IMG/VR virus record: IMGVR_UViG_3300037297_000216
Direction: 5' to 3' (one strand)
DNA length: 64,000 nt
Source of the DNA: an uncultured virus (IMG/VR IMGVR_UViG_3300037297_000216)
Lineage: Duplodnaviria > Heunggongvirae > Uroviricota > Caudoviricetes > Crassvirales
A program made the position numbers and the translations under genes. This document shows, one piece after another, positions 39,833 to 49,644 of this stretch. Under the pieces are notes generated by a model. That model saw only the letters and a program-made list of their open reading frames with translations, was not told where the DNA came from and made no database searches. The first letter of the stretch is position 1, and each line of letters begins with the position of its first letter.

Positions 39833-41526
39833 GTGGTGAAATTCCACTCTGTCCTTACGATAGTTGTAGGTTAATGAGTGTGAATTTGTACTCGTTTGTA
39901 GAAAACCCATTTACAGACAAAGCTTTTTTTAACTATGATAAATTTAAAGACGTAGTGTATAAAGCACAACGTTTAATGGATGATGTTGTAGATTTAGAAG
40001 AAGAGAAAATTAATAAAATACTTAATAAAATTGAAAACGATCCAGAACCTGAAGAAATTAAGAAGATTGAGAAAGACTTATGGACTAAAATCAAAGGAAA
40101 ATTACTCTCCGGTAGACGTACTGGTCTTTCTGCTATTGGTCTTGCTGATTGTTTGGCTGCTCTCAATGTTACCTATGGATCTGAAGATTCTATAAAATTA
40201 GTAGAAAAAATATACAAACAATTTGCTATATCTGCTTATAAAAGTAGTATAGATATGGCTAAAGAAAGAGGAGCTTTTCCTATTCATAATATTGAACTAG
40301 AAAAAGAAAATCCTTTTTTGAAAAGATTTTGGAAAGAAGTAGGACAAAATGAAATATCAAATGCCAAAACAGATATAAAAATTGGATTTGGATTTTCTAA
40401 AGAAGATAAAGAACAAACTTATCTTTGGAAATATAAAGAATATGGACGTAGAAATATTGCTTTATTAACTATACCGCCATCAGGCACAATAAGTCAAATG
40501 GCAAGTATATCTTCAGGTATAGAGCCTGTTTATCAATTATTACACAAAAGACGATATAAAATATTAGGAGATCAAGAATATGACTATGTTGATAAAACTG
40601 GTGATAAATGGCGTGAATATACTGTATTACATCCTAAATTTAAAGAATGGTTTGATATATGGGGAAAACCAAAAGATGTGGTCAATCCTACTATTGAAGA
40701 ACTTAATAAACTAAATCTATGGAATACTTTTAGACAATATGGTAATATTACAAATCTTGAAACTTTCATAAAAATATCTCCTTATTATAATTCTACAGCA
40801 TATGAAATAGATCCTATACAAAGAGTTAAATTACAAGCTACTATTCAGAAATGGATTGATCACAGCATAAGCTCAACAATTAACTTACCTAAATCAGCTA
40901 CAGAAGAAGAAGTGTCTAATCTTTATATAGAAGCATGGAAACAAGGTTGTAAAGGTATAACCATCTATCGTGATGGTTGTAGAGAAGGAATATTAACATC
41001 AATTAATCAAAAAGATACAGAATTCAAACAACATGATGCTCCTAAAAGACCTAAATCTTTGCCTTGTAATATTCATTCTACTACAATTAAAGGAGAAGGT
41101 TTTTACGTACTAATAGGCTTATATGAAAATAAACCTTATGAAGTGTTTGTTATTAGAAAAGATATTCATTATTTTACTGAAAAAGAAGGTATTATTTCAA
41201 AATTAAATAAAAAACAGTATGATATTCAACAAAAAGATTCTGAAGTAGGCTGGATAATGACAGAAGCTTTATCAGATAATGAAGCTACTATAACTAGATT
41301 AGTATCAACTGCTTTAAGACATGGTACTGATATAAAATTTATAACGGAACAGCTTAATAAAACTCAAGGAGATCTTACTAATTTTGGTAAAGCAATAGCA
41401 AGAGTATTATCAAAATATATTAAAAAAGAAACAGGATTAGAATGTCCAGAATGTAAACAAAATACATTAATAAGAGAATCAGGTTGTATAAAATGTACGA
41501 ATTGTGGTTATTCTAAATGCAATTAA
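39833..41526 (+). CDS. nrdJ: Class II RNR, exon 2 (spliced product 882 aa) with C-terminal TSCPD-like domain and Zn ribbon
   Basis: GEIPLCPYDSCRL, RRTGL, TIPPSGT, SSGIEP, QKWIDHSISSTINL, GCKGITIYRDG, APKRP, CPEC..C..CGYSKC. Confidence 0.92.
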
Positions 41527-41527
41527 T

Positions 41528-41881
41528 ATGAGAATGTGGATGATAAATCCTAAAATGTTATGTGATAAGCATTTATTAGGTGAATATGCAGAAATATTTA
41601 AACATCGACATAATTTTGTTAAACAACATTCTATTAAAGGACGTATTGGACAAATAGAACCTTTACAAATGAGTAAACGAGTTGAAGAATTACGACAAGA
41701 AGGTCTTAAACGAGGATTCAAAATGAATGCTATTTATACAATGCCGAATTTAAATTATTTATCAAATGAAGAAAAAAATTCAAAAGTAGATATAAATAAA
41801 TCTATTAATGATTTATCCATAAGATGTACAAAATGCAACAAATTAATAAATAAATATAAAAATGAAAAAAAAAGTTTATAA
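41528..41881 (+). CDS. denV: Pyrimidine dimer DNA glycosylase / endonuclease V family
   Basis: MRMW.INP.MLCDKHLLGEY.EI, ELRQEGLKRGF. Confidence 0.8.
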   Translation: MRMWMINPKMLCDKHLLGEYAEIFKHRHNFVKQHSIKGRIGQIEPLQMSKRVEELRQEGLKRGFKMNAIYTMPNLNYLSNEEKNSKVDINKSINDLSIRCTKCNKLINKYKNEKKSL

Positions 41882-42036
41882 CCAAAAAGAGTCTTATATT
41901 CTTAGAGAAACAGCTAAAAAACTTTATAAAGGAGAAATTTTATGTACTATTACTGATATAGTAAATACAAAAATTTATTTAACAATATTAGATAAGGATT
42001 ATGAAATAACCATAAGAGAAATGTCTTAGCATTAAA

Positions 42037-43641
42037 ATGAAAATCATAAATTATGAAAATAACAAATACAGAATTCCTTCATTGTATGAACTTAAAAATG
42101 ATTTTAAATACGAAGAATGGAATGATTGTTTCAAAAAATGGGAAAAAAAGAAGTGGGTAGATATTTCTAATCTTATAAAAAAATATCCTTGGTATGGTAT
42201 ACAAACTATCCTTAATTTGTATGAAGATAACAGAGAATTTTTTAAAAAAGTTTTAAATGATAAAAAAATAAGAGTATTTATAGATAAAAGCGATTTTTTT
42301 TATGAACTTCATAGGTTTTATAATTTATGGGCTTTAAAATTACCAGGAAAATTTATTTCACATAATACTTTAATAATACAAAAACTTGTACGAAAAAAGT
42401 ATGATGAAGCTTATAAATATATCAGAAATTTATTACAAAAAGAAAAACATTTAATACAAGGATATTTTTTTGAAGAATTTATTAAATTATATTTAGATTA
42501 TTTATTAAAAAGATTTTATATAAAAATAGGAATATATTCTAGAATCAATTTTCATGACCATACTGTAGCCGGAGGACCTTACATTTCTACAGAAAAACCA
42601 TTTAAACTAAAAATTAGTACAAGCTTAGAAACTAATATAAACTTGGAGGCAAAGCCGATGAAGAGTAAGAATAAAATAAAAATATTGCAACAACAAAACG
42701 AATTATTATCAAAATTACGAAAAGAAGTCCAAGAATTACCTTTAGAAAACTATATAGTTTATTATTTTGATAAAGACGCTGGAACCAATCACTCGATGAC
42801 TATTGTAGCAAGAACACTTAAAAGAGTATTTAATAAGTTAAAAATTCAATATAAGATAAATCCAGATCATGTTCTTTGGATACGAAAAGAAAAAGAACCG
42901 AGTATTGATTTATATCTAAGAAAAAAGGAAATTGTAAATAAACTTAACTCAAAAGAATGGGTAAAAATAAAAAAGTCTCAATATCCTACAACAAAATATA
43001 TTTCTTACGATAAAAAAGTTTGTATAAAAAGACAACTTGAAGATAAATCATGGGAAATAAAAAGAGTATGGAAAAGTGAAATAGGTAAAGTATATAGCTC
43101 TCATGAATGGTCATATTGTCCTAAAAAACTATATAAAGCTTTAGGAAGACCTTTAAAACAAATAAAAACTGTCAAAGTTGATCTTTATAAAGCTTCTGCG
43201 AGTTCTTATGAATATAATAATGAAGAGTGGAAATCTTTAACTAAATTAAAACAAAGTCTTTCAGATCTCTATACAGCAAAAGATACGGATAGTAATTGGA
43301 AAAAGATTATAGAAGTTGAAAAAAAGATTAAAGATTTAAAGTATAAAATTAGAGGAAGAAGGTTAGAAAATAAAGAAAAAGTTTATAAAGAAGATAAATA
43401 CGGTAATAGAAGATACAAATATAAAAACAAGATAATAAAAGTATCTCAAAAAACAATACCGTTATCTCAAAAAGAATATATTAATCCTCCTAAACCAGGT
43501 TATAATTATTTTTACAAGAAAAAACATAAGTTAGATCTTTGGAAAAAACGTAATAAAACTTGGAGAGGATATATTAAATCAAAGCGAGTTATACGAAACA
43601 AAAGTTTAAAACAAAAACATTTACAAAATAATTACAAATAA
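42037..43641 (+). CDS. Large basic hypothetical protein (534 aa)
   Basis: Long ORF, Lys/Tyr/Trp-rich, no recognised motif. Confidence 0.6.
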   Translation: MKIINYENNKYRIPSLYELKNDFKYEEWNDCFKKWEKKKWVDISNLIKKYPWYGIQTILNLYEDNREFFKKVLNDKKIRVFIDKSDFFYELHRFYNLWALKLPGKFISHNTLIIQKLVRKKYDEAYKYIRNLLQKEKHLIQGYFFEEFIKLYLDYLLKRFYIKIGIYSRINFHDHTVAGGPYISTEKPFKLKISTSLETNINLEAKPMKSKNKIKILQQQNELLSKLRKEVQELPLENYIVYYFDKDAGTNHSMTIVARTLKRVFNKLKIQYKINPDHVLWIRKEKEPSIDLYLRKKEIVNKLNSKEWVKIKKSQYPTTKYISYDKKVCIKRQLEDKSWEIKRVWKSEIGKVYSSHEWSYCPKKLYKALGRPLKQIKTVKVDLYKASASSYEYNNEEWKSLTKLKQSLSDLYTAKDTDSNWKKIIEVEKKIKDLKYKIRGRRLENKEKVYKEDKYGNRRYKYKNKIIKVSQKTIPLSQKEYINPPKPGYNYFYKKKHKLDLWKKRNKTWRGYIKSKRVIRNKSLKQKHLQNNYK

Positions 43642-43655
43642 TGTAATAAAACAAA

Positions 43656-44846
43656 ATGTGGGAAAGAATAGTATATAAATTAGATGATTGGGCCATTAAA
43701 AAATATAAAGGTTCTTCACCAGTAGGTGTAGAACAATATATATATTTAGCATTACCTACTTTTATTGATGATACCTGGCAACAAAAAAAAGAAATTATAA
43801 ATAAATGCCGGATAATGGAAATCGAAAGTGATCCTATTTCAAAAACTCATGAAATTTATACAATAAATGGTCATTATGGTTATAAATTAGATAGTATGAT
43901 GACTATTGATTTTCCAGACAAAAATATAACAAATTATATAATACCAAGACCTATGACAGATCAAAAAGAAATACATATACTTGATGTTGTACGAAAAGTA
44001 AGAAATCATACTAAAGCTGGATACCAAGCTTGTAAAGAAGCAATAGAACAAGCTATTAACGAAGGAATAAAATTAGAAAAAGAAATAATAGAAAGAGCTT
44101 TTTCTATATTAGCTTCTAAAAAACAAATAACAAGTAGTACCACTATATCAGATTTCAAAGAAGGAAGAATAGCAGTGGATACTAATTTTGATAAAACAGC
44201 AGGTGTTATCATAGCCTTAGGTTGTAAATCTGAAGCTGCTACTAACACAGAAATATTTATAAAATTATTAGATAATATAATAATAAAAGCTGTAAATAAT
44301 CTTCCAGAAACTACTATTGATTTATTATCTTCAAATTATTGCAATGAAGATCATACGATTGCTGAAGAAATATCTAATGTATCAGAGATATTAAAAGAAG
44401 AGTTAAAATTACTGTATTACAGTATGATGAAAGTACCAACTGATACACAAGTTATTAGCTGTTATGAGCACTATGTATCTAATGGATGTAAGTTAGGAAC
44501 TTTAGGTATGTTTGAAAAATCAAAAGAATCCGAAGATCTATTTATAAACATTTTAATGCAAATTGCAGCTTATAATCCTTTATGTAAGTCAGAAGATGAG
44601 TTGTTACCAGAGATTATTTTAAATGAAAAGAATATAATTTTTGAAGAATTAACAGAGGATCCAAAACTTAAAAATAAACCAATAGAAGTAAAAGAAAAGA
44701 TAACTGAAAACAAATTAAAAGCATTTTTTGAAGAAGCTTTATTATATAATCAAAAATTAAGTACACAACCTAACTTTACTGTAAAAGAATATATGGATAA
44801 ATATAAAATTATCTTATTCGATTTTGAAAGATATAAAATAGGTTAA
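43656..44846 (+). CDS. tsf: Elongation factor Ts-like protein with about 100 aa N-terminal extension
   Basis: VRKVRNHTKAGYQACKEA (UBA-like N-domain), EGRIAV, MQIAAYNP, KPIEVKEKITENKL..FFEE..L..Q, TVKEY, FERYKIG. Confidence 0.85.
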   Translation: MWERIVYKLDDWAIKKYKGSSPVGVEQYIYLALPTFIDDTWQQKKEIINKCRIMEIESDPISKTHEIYTINGHYGYKLDSMMTIDFPDKNITNYIIPRPMTDQKEIHILDVVRKVRNHTKAGYQACKEAIEQAINEGIKLEKEIIERAFSILASKKQITSSTTISDFKEGRIAVDTNFDKTAGVIIALGCKSEAATNTEIFIKLLDNIIIKAVNNLPETTIDLLSSNYCNEDHTIAEEISNVSEILKEELKLLYYSMMKVPTDTQVISCYEHYVSNGCKLGTLGMFEKSKESEDLFINILMQIAAYNPLCKSEDELLPEIILNEKNIIFEELTEDPKLKNKPIEVKEKITENKLKAFFEEALLYNQKLSTQPNFTVKEYMDKYKIILFDFERYKIG

Positions 44847-44870
44847 AAGATTAAACATAACATTGCATAC

Positions 44871-44897
44871 AGAGAAGCGCTAAGGCGCTTTTCTTTT
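44871..44897 (+). terminator. Intrinsic terminator
   Basis: gaagcgc taag gcgcttt followed by T-rich tract. Confidence 0.65.
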
Positions 44898-44917
44898 CTA
44901 ATATAAATAAAATAACA

Positions 44918-45475
44918 ATGGTATACTTTATATCAGACACACATTTTGGTCATAAAGGAAGCTTAAAATGGCCAAATGGAGCAGCGCGCAACTTTAAGGA
45001 TTTGAATGAAATGCATGAAACTATTATAAATAATTGGAATTCTGTAGTAAAAAAAGATGATATTATATACTTTTTAGGGGACTTTGCATATAAATGCTCT
45101 GAAAAACAAATAAAACATTTTTTTGATTCATTAAATGGTACAATTATTTTTATAAAAGGTAATCATGACGGAAGAACACTAAAGGCAAATCAAAAATATC
45201 ATAGGTTTCAATCAGTTCATGAGTTATTACACCTTACTATTAACAATAAAGAATTTATTTTATGTCATTACCCAATAGAAAGTTGGAATGGTAAAAATAG
45301 AGGAGCAATTCATCTTCATGGACATACTCACGAAAGAACTCCCAACATAACAGGTAATATAATGAATGTTTCATGCGAAGTAGTAAATTATACTCCTGTT
45401 TCAATTGAGGAGGTAATTAATAAATTTACAACTTCTTCTAATAAACTATTAAAAGATGATAAAACTAATAAGTAA
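44918..45475 (+). CDS. Calcineurin-like metallophosphoesterase
   Basis: SDTHFGH, LGDF, GNHD, LCHYP, LHGHTH. Confidence 0.9.
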   Translation: MVYFISDTHFGHKGSLKWPNGAARNFKDLNEMHETIINNWNSVVKKDDIIYFLGDFAYKCSEKQIKHFFDSLNGTIIFIKGNHDGRTLKANQKYHRFQSVHELLHLTINNKEFILCHYPIESWNGKNRGAIHLHGHTHERTPNITGNIMNVSCEVVNYTPVSIEEVINKFTTSSNKLLKDDKTNK

Positions 45476-46145
45476 AATATCACCAATAAAACTGTTATTT
45501 GATTTACTATTTTGGAAGATAACAAAATATCATAATTTAAGGGAAAGTCACTCTAATTTTTGTGAAATTTGTAATTGTTTTTTTAAACTAAGAGACAAAA
45601 CTATTACAACTGTAAGTAAATATAAATTACATAGTAAACCTTACACAAAATTTAGTAAAAAATATCAACACTTAGGATATACTCAGTTAGGGGTATTTGA
45701 TTCTTGGAAACCAGTAATAAAAGAAACAATTATAAAATTAGAAAAATATATTTGGCCAAGATGGTTACCTTTATTCGTAAAAAGATGGATACATTACTGG
45801 GCTACTGAAAATTCCGTAGTTAGAGTAAAAAATAGATTTTGGTACAATATTGAAAATAAATTAACTAAAGGTTTTTCTATTTTTGATATAAAAGATAAGT
45901 GGGGAGGATTATGACTGTATATGTCTTATTATGATAACAAAATAGAAGAGATAATTGAAGAAGCTGTTAAAAAGTGTGAAAAAATTTGTGAAAAATGTGG
46001 TAGTAATAATGATGTTCAACTAACTGATACTCCTTGGATTCATAATTACTGTAAAGAGTGTAGAGGAAATTCTAATGCAAAAGTTATTGATAAAAAAAAT
46101 AATAACAGATTTATATCTATAAATATAAAAGTACCTAAGACATAA
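45456..46145 (+). pseudogene. Phage protein split by a single in-frame TGA (45912-45914)
   Basis: Two track ORFs are in frame: IKDKWGGL*LYMSYY...CEKICEKCG..YCKEC. Confidence 0.5.
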
Positions 46146-46149
46146 GAAC

Positions 46150-46876
46150 ATGAGACCAAAAGAAAGAATACCAGTCTTTTTTAAACTAATAGATTGGAAA
46201 AAACTTAAAGAAAGATGGAATATAGATTTAGCTCCAATATTAAAATTTGATAACATTACAGAAATTAACAGATATTGGGAAGAAAATCCAGATCAACGAT
46301 TTGGACAGGTATTAATTAATCTAGGATTTGCTCCAGATGAATTTAAAGTTTGGAATGATGAAGAAACAAATATACTTTTAAGTCAAGGAATAGCTCCTGA
46401 AGAAGTTTTATATTGGACTTCAATATTTAATAAAGATGAAACATTACGAAATAAACCAGTAACTAAGTTACTTAAGGATTTAGAAACAAATCATATAAAA
46501 GCAATTTTAGAAACACAGACACATTTATCAGATTTATATATAAAAACTTTTAACAAAATACTAAAAAATAGAAATGAAACAATATTATAAATTTTTCGTA
46601 GAAGAAAAAACAATACCTGGTATGGAACCAAAAAGAATAATGGGTCAGTTTTATCAAGAAGACAAAATAAAAACAGAGCCTGTTATTGCTTTATTATCTG
46701 AAATATCTTTAGAGAATTTATGTAACTTTATGAATAAAACTATGGTAGTTAGACCATTTAATTCAAAAGATATTACTAAGGTAAGTAAAAAGATGGAAAT
46801 TTCTAGAAATGAAGCTAAGGAACTATTGGAAAGATATAAATATGTATCGAGAATACCTGAACATATTAAAAAATAA
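46150..46876 (+). CDS. Two hypothetical proteins (46150..46590 with PDQRFGQ motif; 46574..46876)
   Basis: ORF track. Confidence 0.55.
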
Positions 46877-46881
46877 GTAAA

Positions 46882-48867
46882 ATGATTTACTTCGTTAGTA
46901 GAAATATAAATAGTAATGTATTAAAAAATAATAACATTACGTTAACAGGTGTCGAAAAAGTTATAGAGGATTTACAAAATGAAACTGAAATTTGTCTAGA
47001 TACTGAAACAACCGGTTACAGTCCTATCTATAACGATATAATTTTATTACAGTTTGGAACTTTAAAAGGTAATCAGTACGTAATAGATACTAGAGATTTT
47101 GAAGTAAATCATTTTAAACGTTTACTTGAAAGTGAAACTAAAACTTTCATAGGTCATAATATAAAGTTCGATTATAATATGTTAAAAAAACATGGTATAG
47201 TCCTAAGAAATGTATATGATACTATGATTGTTGATAAGGTGATATTTAATGGAGCTTATGGACAAGACTTTATTCGTAAAAATAAAAGATTTTCATTAGC
47301 TGGTGTGTACAAACATTATTTCAACAAATATATAGAAAAAAAAATAAGAGAAGATTTTGTCAGATGGAGAAATAAACCATTTACATACGATCAAATAACA
47401 TATGCTGCTTTAGATGCTTTATATCCTTTTCATATAAAAGAAAAACAACTAGAATTAGTAAAAAAGTATTTGTTAGAAGAGACTGTAAAGCTTGAAAATA
47501 AAGTAGTTTTAGCAATAGGAGATATTGAATATAATGGAATGAGACTTGATCCTGTCAAATGGAGAAATGTTGTAAATAAGTATAAAATCAGGGCAGAACA
47601 AAGTGAAACAAAATTAGACGAAATGCTTTTATTGCAGCCAGGAACTCAAAAGTATAAAAAAATAGCAACCCAATTGACATTATTTGATGAACCAGAAGAT
47701 AAAAGAAAATCAATAATAAACTGGAATAGTGATCAACAAGTATATGAAGTATTATCAAATATATTCAAAATATATCCTAAAGATAAACATGGTAAACCTT
47801 CTTCTGGTGCTGATGCTATTGAAATGTTATCCACATCCCACCCATTTACAAACTTATTATTAAAATATCGAGAGGAAACAAAAGTTATAACTTCGTTTGG
47901 TGAAAAATTTTTAGGAAAATTAAACCCAGATAGCAGAATTAGAACGTCTTTTAATCAAATAATGAACACAGGTAGAGTAAGTAGTAGCAATCCTAATATG
48001 CAACAAATCAAAAGATACAATAAAGAAGACCCTGATTCCAAATACTTTAGAGAAGCTTTTTGTGTAAAAGAAGATAAATGTTTATCTACTGCTGACTATT
48101 CTCAACAAGAAGCTCGTATAATGGCTGATATGGCTGATGACAAAGATTATATAAAATTTTTCAATGAAGATGGAGGAGACAGTCATAGTTTTGTAGCTAC
48201 TAAGTTATTTTCTGCAAAGTTTAAAAAAGAATTTAAAGTATCTAAAACAGAAAATGAAGAATATAGATATAAAGGAAAAATACTTAATTTTAGTATTTCT
48301 TTTGGTATACAAGCAAATACATTATCTAAATGCCTTAAAGTATCTATAGAGGAAGCTCAGGAGCTCATAGATGCGTTTTATGAAGGTTTTCCTACTCTAA
48401 AGATATTTTTTGAAAAGTCTCATGAGGAAGCTCTTTTTAAGGGTTATATAAGGACTAATAATATAACAAATAGAATCAGGTGGTTTCCCGAATGGCGCAA
48501 ATATTTAGAATTAAAAGATAATCGAAGCAGAGATTGGTCTGGTAACAAAGAACTTTCTATTATTGAAGGAATAATAAAACGAAGAGCTCAAAATACTAAA
48601 ATTCAAGGTACAGCTGGAGATATGACAAAATTAGCTTTAGTATATATAAGAACAAAATTGATAGAAAATAATATATTACCTTTATATGAAGCTTCAGTAA
48701 AATTGGTTAATGTCATACATGATGAAACAGTATTAGAAAGTATCCCAGAATTAGTTAATAAATGGTCTACAATTCAAAGAGAATGTATGGAAAAAGCGGG
48801 AGAAGCTTTCTGTAAAAAAGTAAAAGTAACAGCAGATTTTAGTATAGGTCAACATTGGGAACATTAA
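46882..48867 (+). CDS. polA: Family A DNA polymerase with 3'-5' exonuclease
   Basis: DTETTG, GHNIKFD, YAALD, TGRVSSSNPNMQQI, ADYSQQEAR, RYKGKILNF, IQGTAGD, IHDE. Confidence 0.95.
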   Translation: MIYFVSRNINSNVLKNNNITLTGVEKVIEDLQNETEICLDTETTGYSPIYNDIILLQFGTLKGNQYVIDTRDFEVNHFKRLLESETKTFIGHNIKFDYNMLKKHGIVLRNVYDTMIVDKVIFNGAYGQDFIRKNKRFSLAGVYKHYFNKYIEKKIREDFVRWRNKPFTYDQITYAALDALYPFHIKEKQLELVKKYLLEETVKLENKVVLAIGDIEYNGMRLDPVKWRNVVNKYKIRAEQSETKLDEMLLLQPGTQKYKKIATQLTLFDEPEDKRKSIINWNSDQQVYEVLSNIFKIYPKDKHGKPSSGADAIEMLSTSHPFTNLLLKYREETKVITSFGEKFLGKLNPDSRIRTSFNQIMNTGRVSSSNPNMQQIKRYNKEDPDSKYFREAFCVKEDKCLSTADYSQQEARIMADMADDKDYIKFFNEDGGDSHSFVATKLFSAKFKKEFKVSKTENEEYRYKGKILNFSISFGIQANTLSKCLKVSIEEAQELIDAFYEGFPTLKIFFEKSHEEALFKGYIRTNNITNRIRWFPEWRKYLELKDNRSRDWSGNKELSIIEGIIKRRAQNTKIQGTAGDMTKLALVYIRTKLIENNILPLYEASVKLVNVIHDETVLESIPELVNKWSTIQRECMEKAGEAFCKKVKVTADFSIGQHWEH

Positions 48868-48878
48868 AATATACAAAC

Positions 48879-49637
48879 ATGAAAACAAGAATAGCACCTA
48901 GTCCTACTGGATATTTTCATTTAGGAACATTAAGAACAGCTCTATTAAATTATTTGTTAGCAAAAAGTAATAATGGAACTTTTTTATTACGAATAGACGA
49001 CACTGATCAACAAAGAAGTAAAAAAGAATATATTGATTTTATTTACCAGGAAATGTCAAAATTTGGTTTATCTTATGATGAAACATTCAAACAATCAGAT
49101 AGAATAGATCGATATAAAGAAGTAGCAGAAAAAATTGGTTATAAAGATAAAGAAAATGATTGGATATGTTTTGACATGGGATTTAAAATGATACTAATTA
49201 GAGAAAACGGATATCCTACTTATAATTTTGCTACTGTTGTTGATGATTATGATTATAATGTAACTCATATTATACGAGGAGTTGATCATATTCAAAATAT
49301 TGATCGTCAAAAAATATTGTGGGATGAAATAGTTTCTGTATATGGAAATAAAAACTTTCCAGAAATAAAACATGTAGGCTTACTATTCGAAGGAAATAAA
49401 AAATTATCAAAAAGAGATAATAATGGAACTACTTCAAACTATAATAATTATAAAAAATCAGCTTTATTAAATTGGTTATTTAAATTTGGTTGGTCACATC
49501 CTGATCCAAATTTTGATAGTAAATATAAAATATTATATTTAAAAGACATGATTAACTTATTTAATGAAGGAAATCTTTCTACTTCTAATTGTAAGATAGA
49601 CAAGAATAAATTAGAGTGGTTAAATAAAAGACATTAA
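48879..49637 (+). CDS. Minimal glutamyl-tRNA synthetase-like protein (catalytic domain only)
   Basis: RIAPSPTG.FHLG, LRIDDTD, QSDR, YNFATVVDD, THIIRGVDH, KLSKR; no anticodon-binding domain. Confidence 0.85.
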   Translation: MKTRIAPSPTGYFHLGTLRTALLNYLLAKSNNGTFLLRIDDTDQQRSKKEYIDFIYQEMSKFGLSYDETFKQSDRIDRYKEVAEKIGYKDKENDWICFDMGFKMILIRENGYPTYNFATVVDDYDYNVTHIIRGVDHIQNIDRQKILWDEIVSVYGNKNFPEIKHVGLLFEGNKKLSKRDNNGTTSNYNNYKKSALLNWLFKFGWSHPDPNFDSKYKILYLKDMINLFNEGNLSTSNCKIDKNKLEWLNKRH

Positions 49638-49644
49638 GAGAACA

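Noticed and set aside
38076..41526. Naturally split nrdJ genes or an intein
   Set aside because: Break falls inside the Cys codon, with group I splice-site and core pairings; no intein Cys...His-Asn frame
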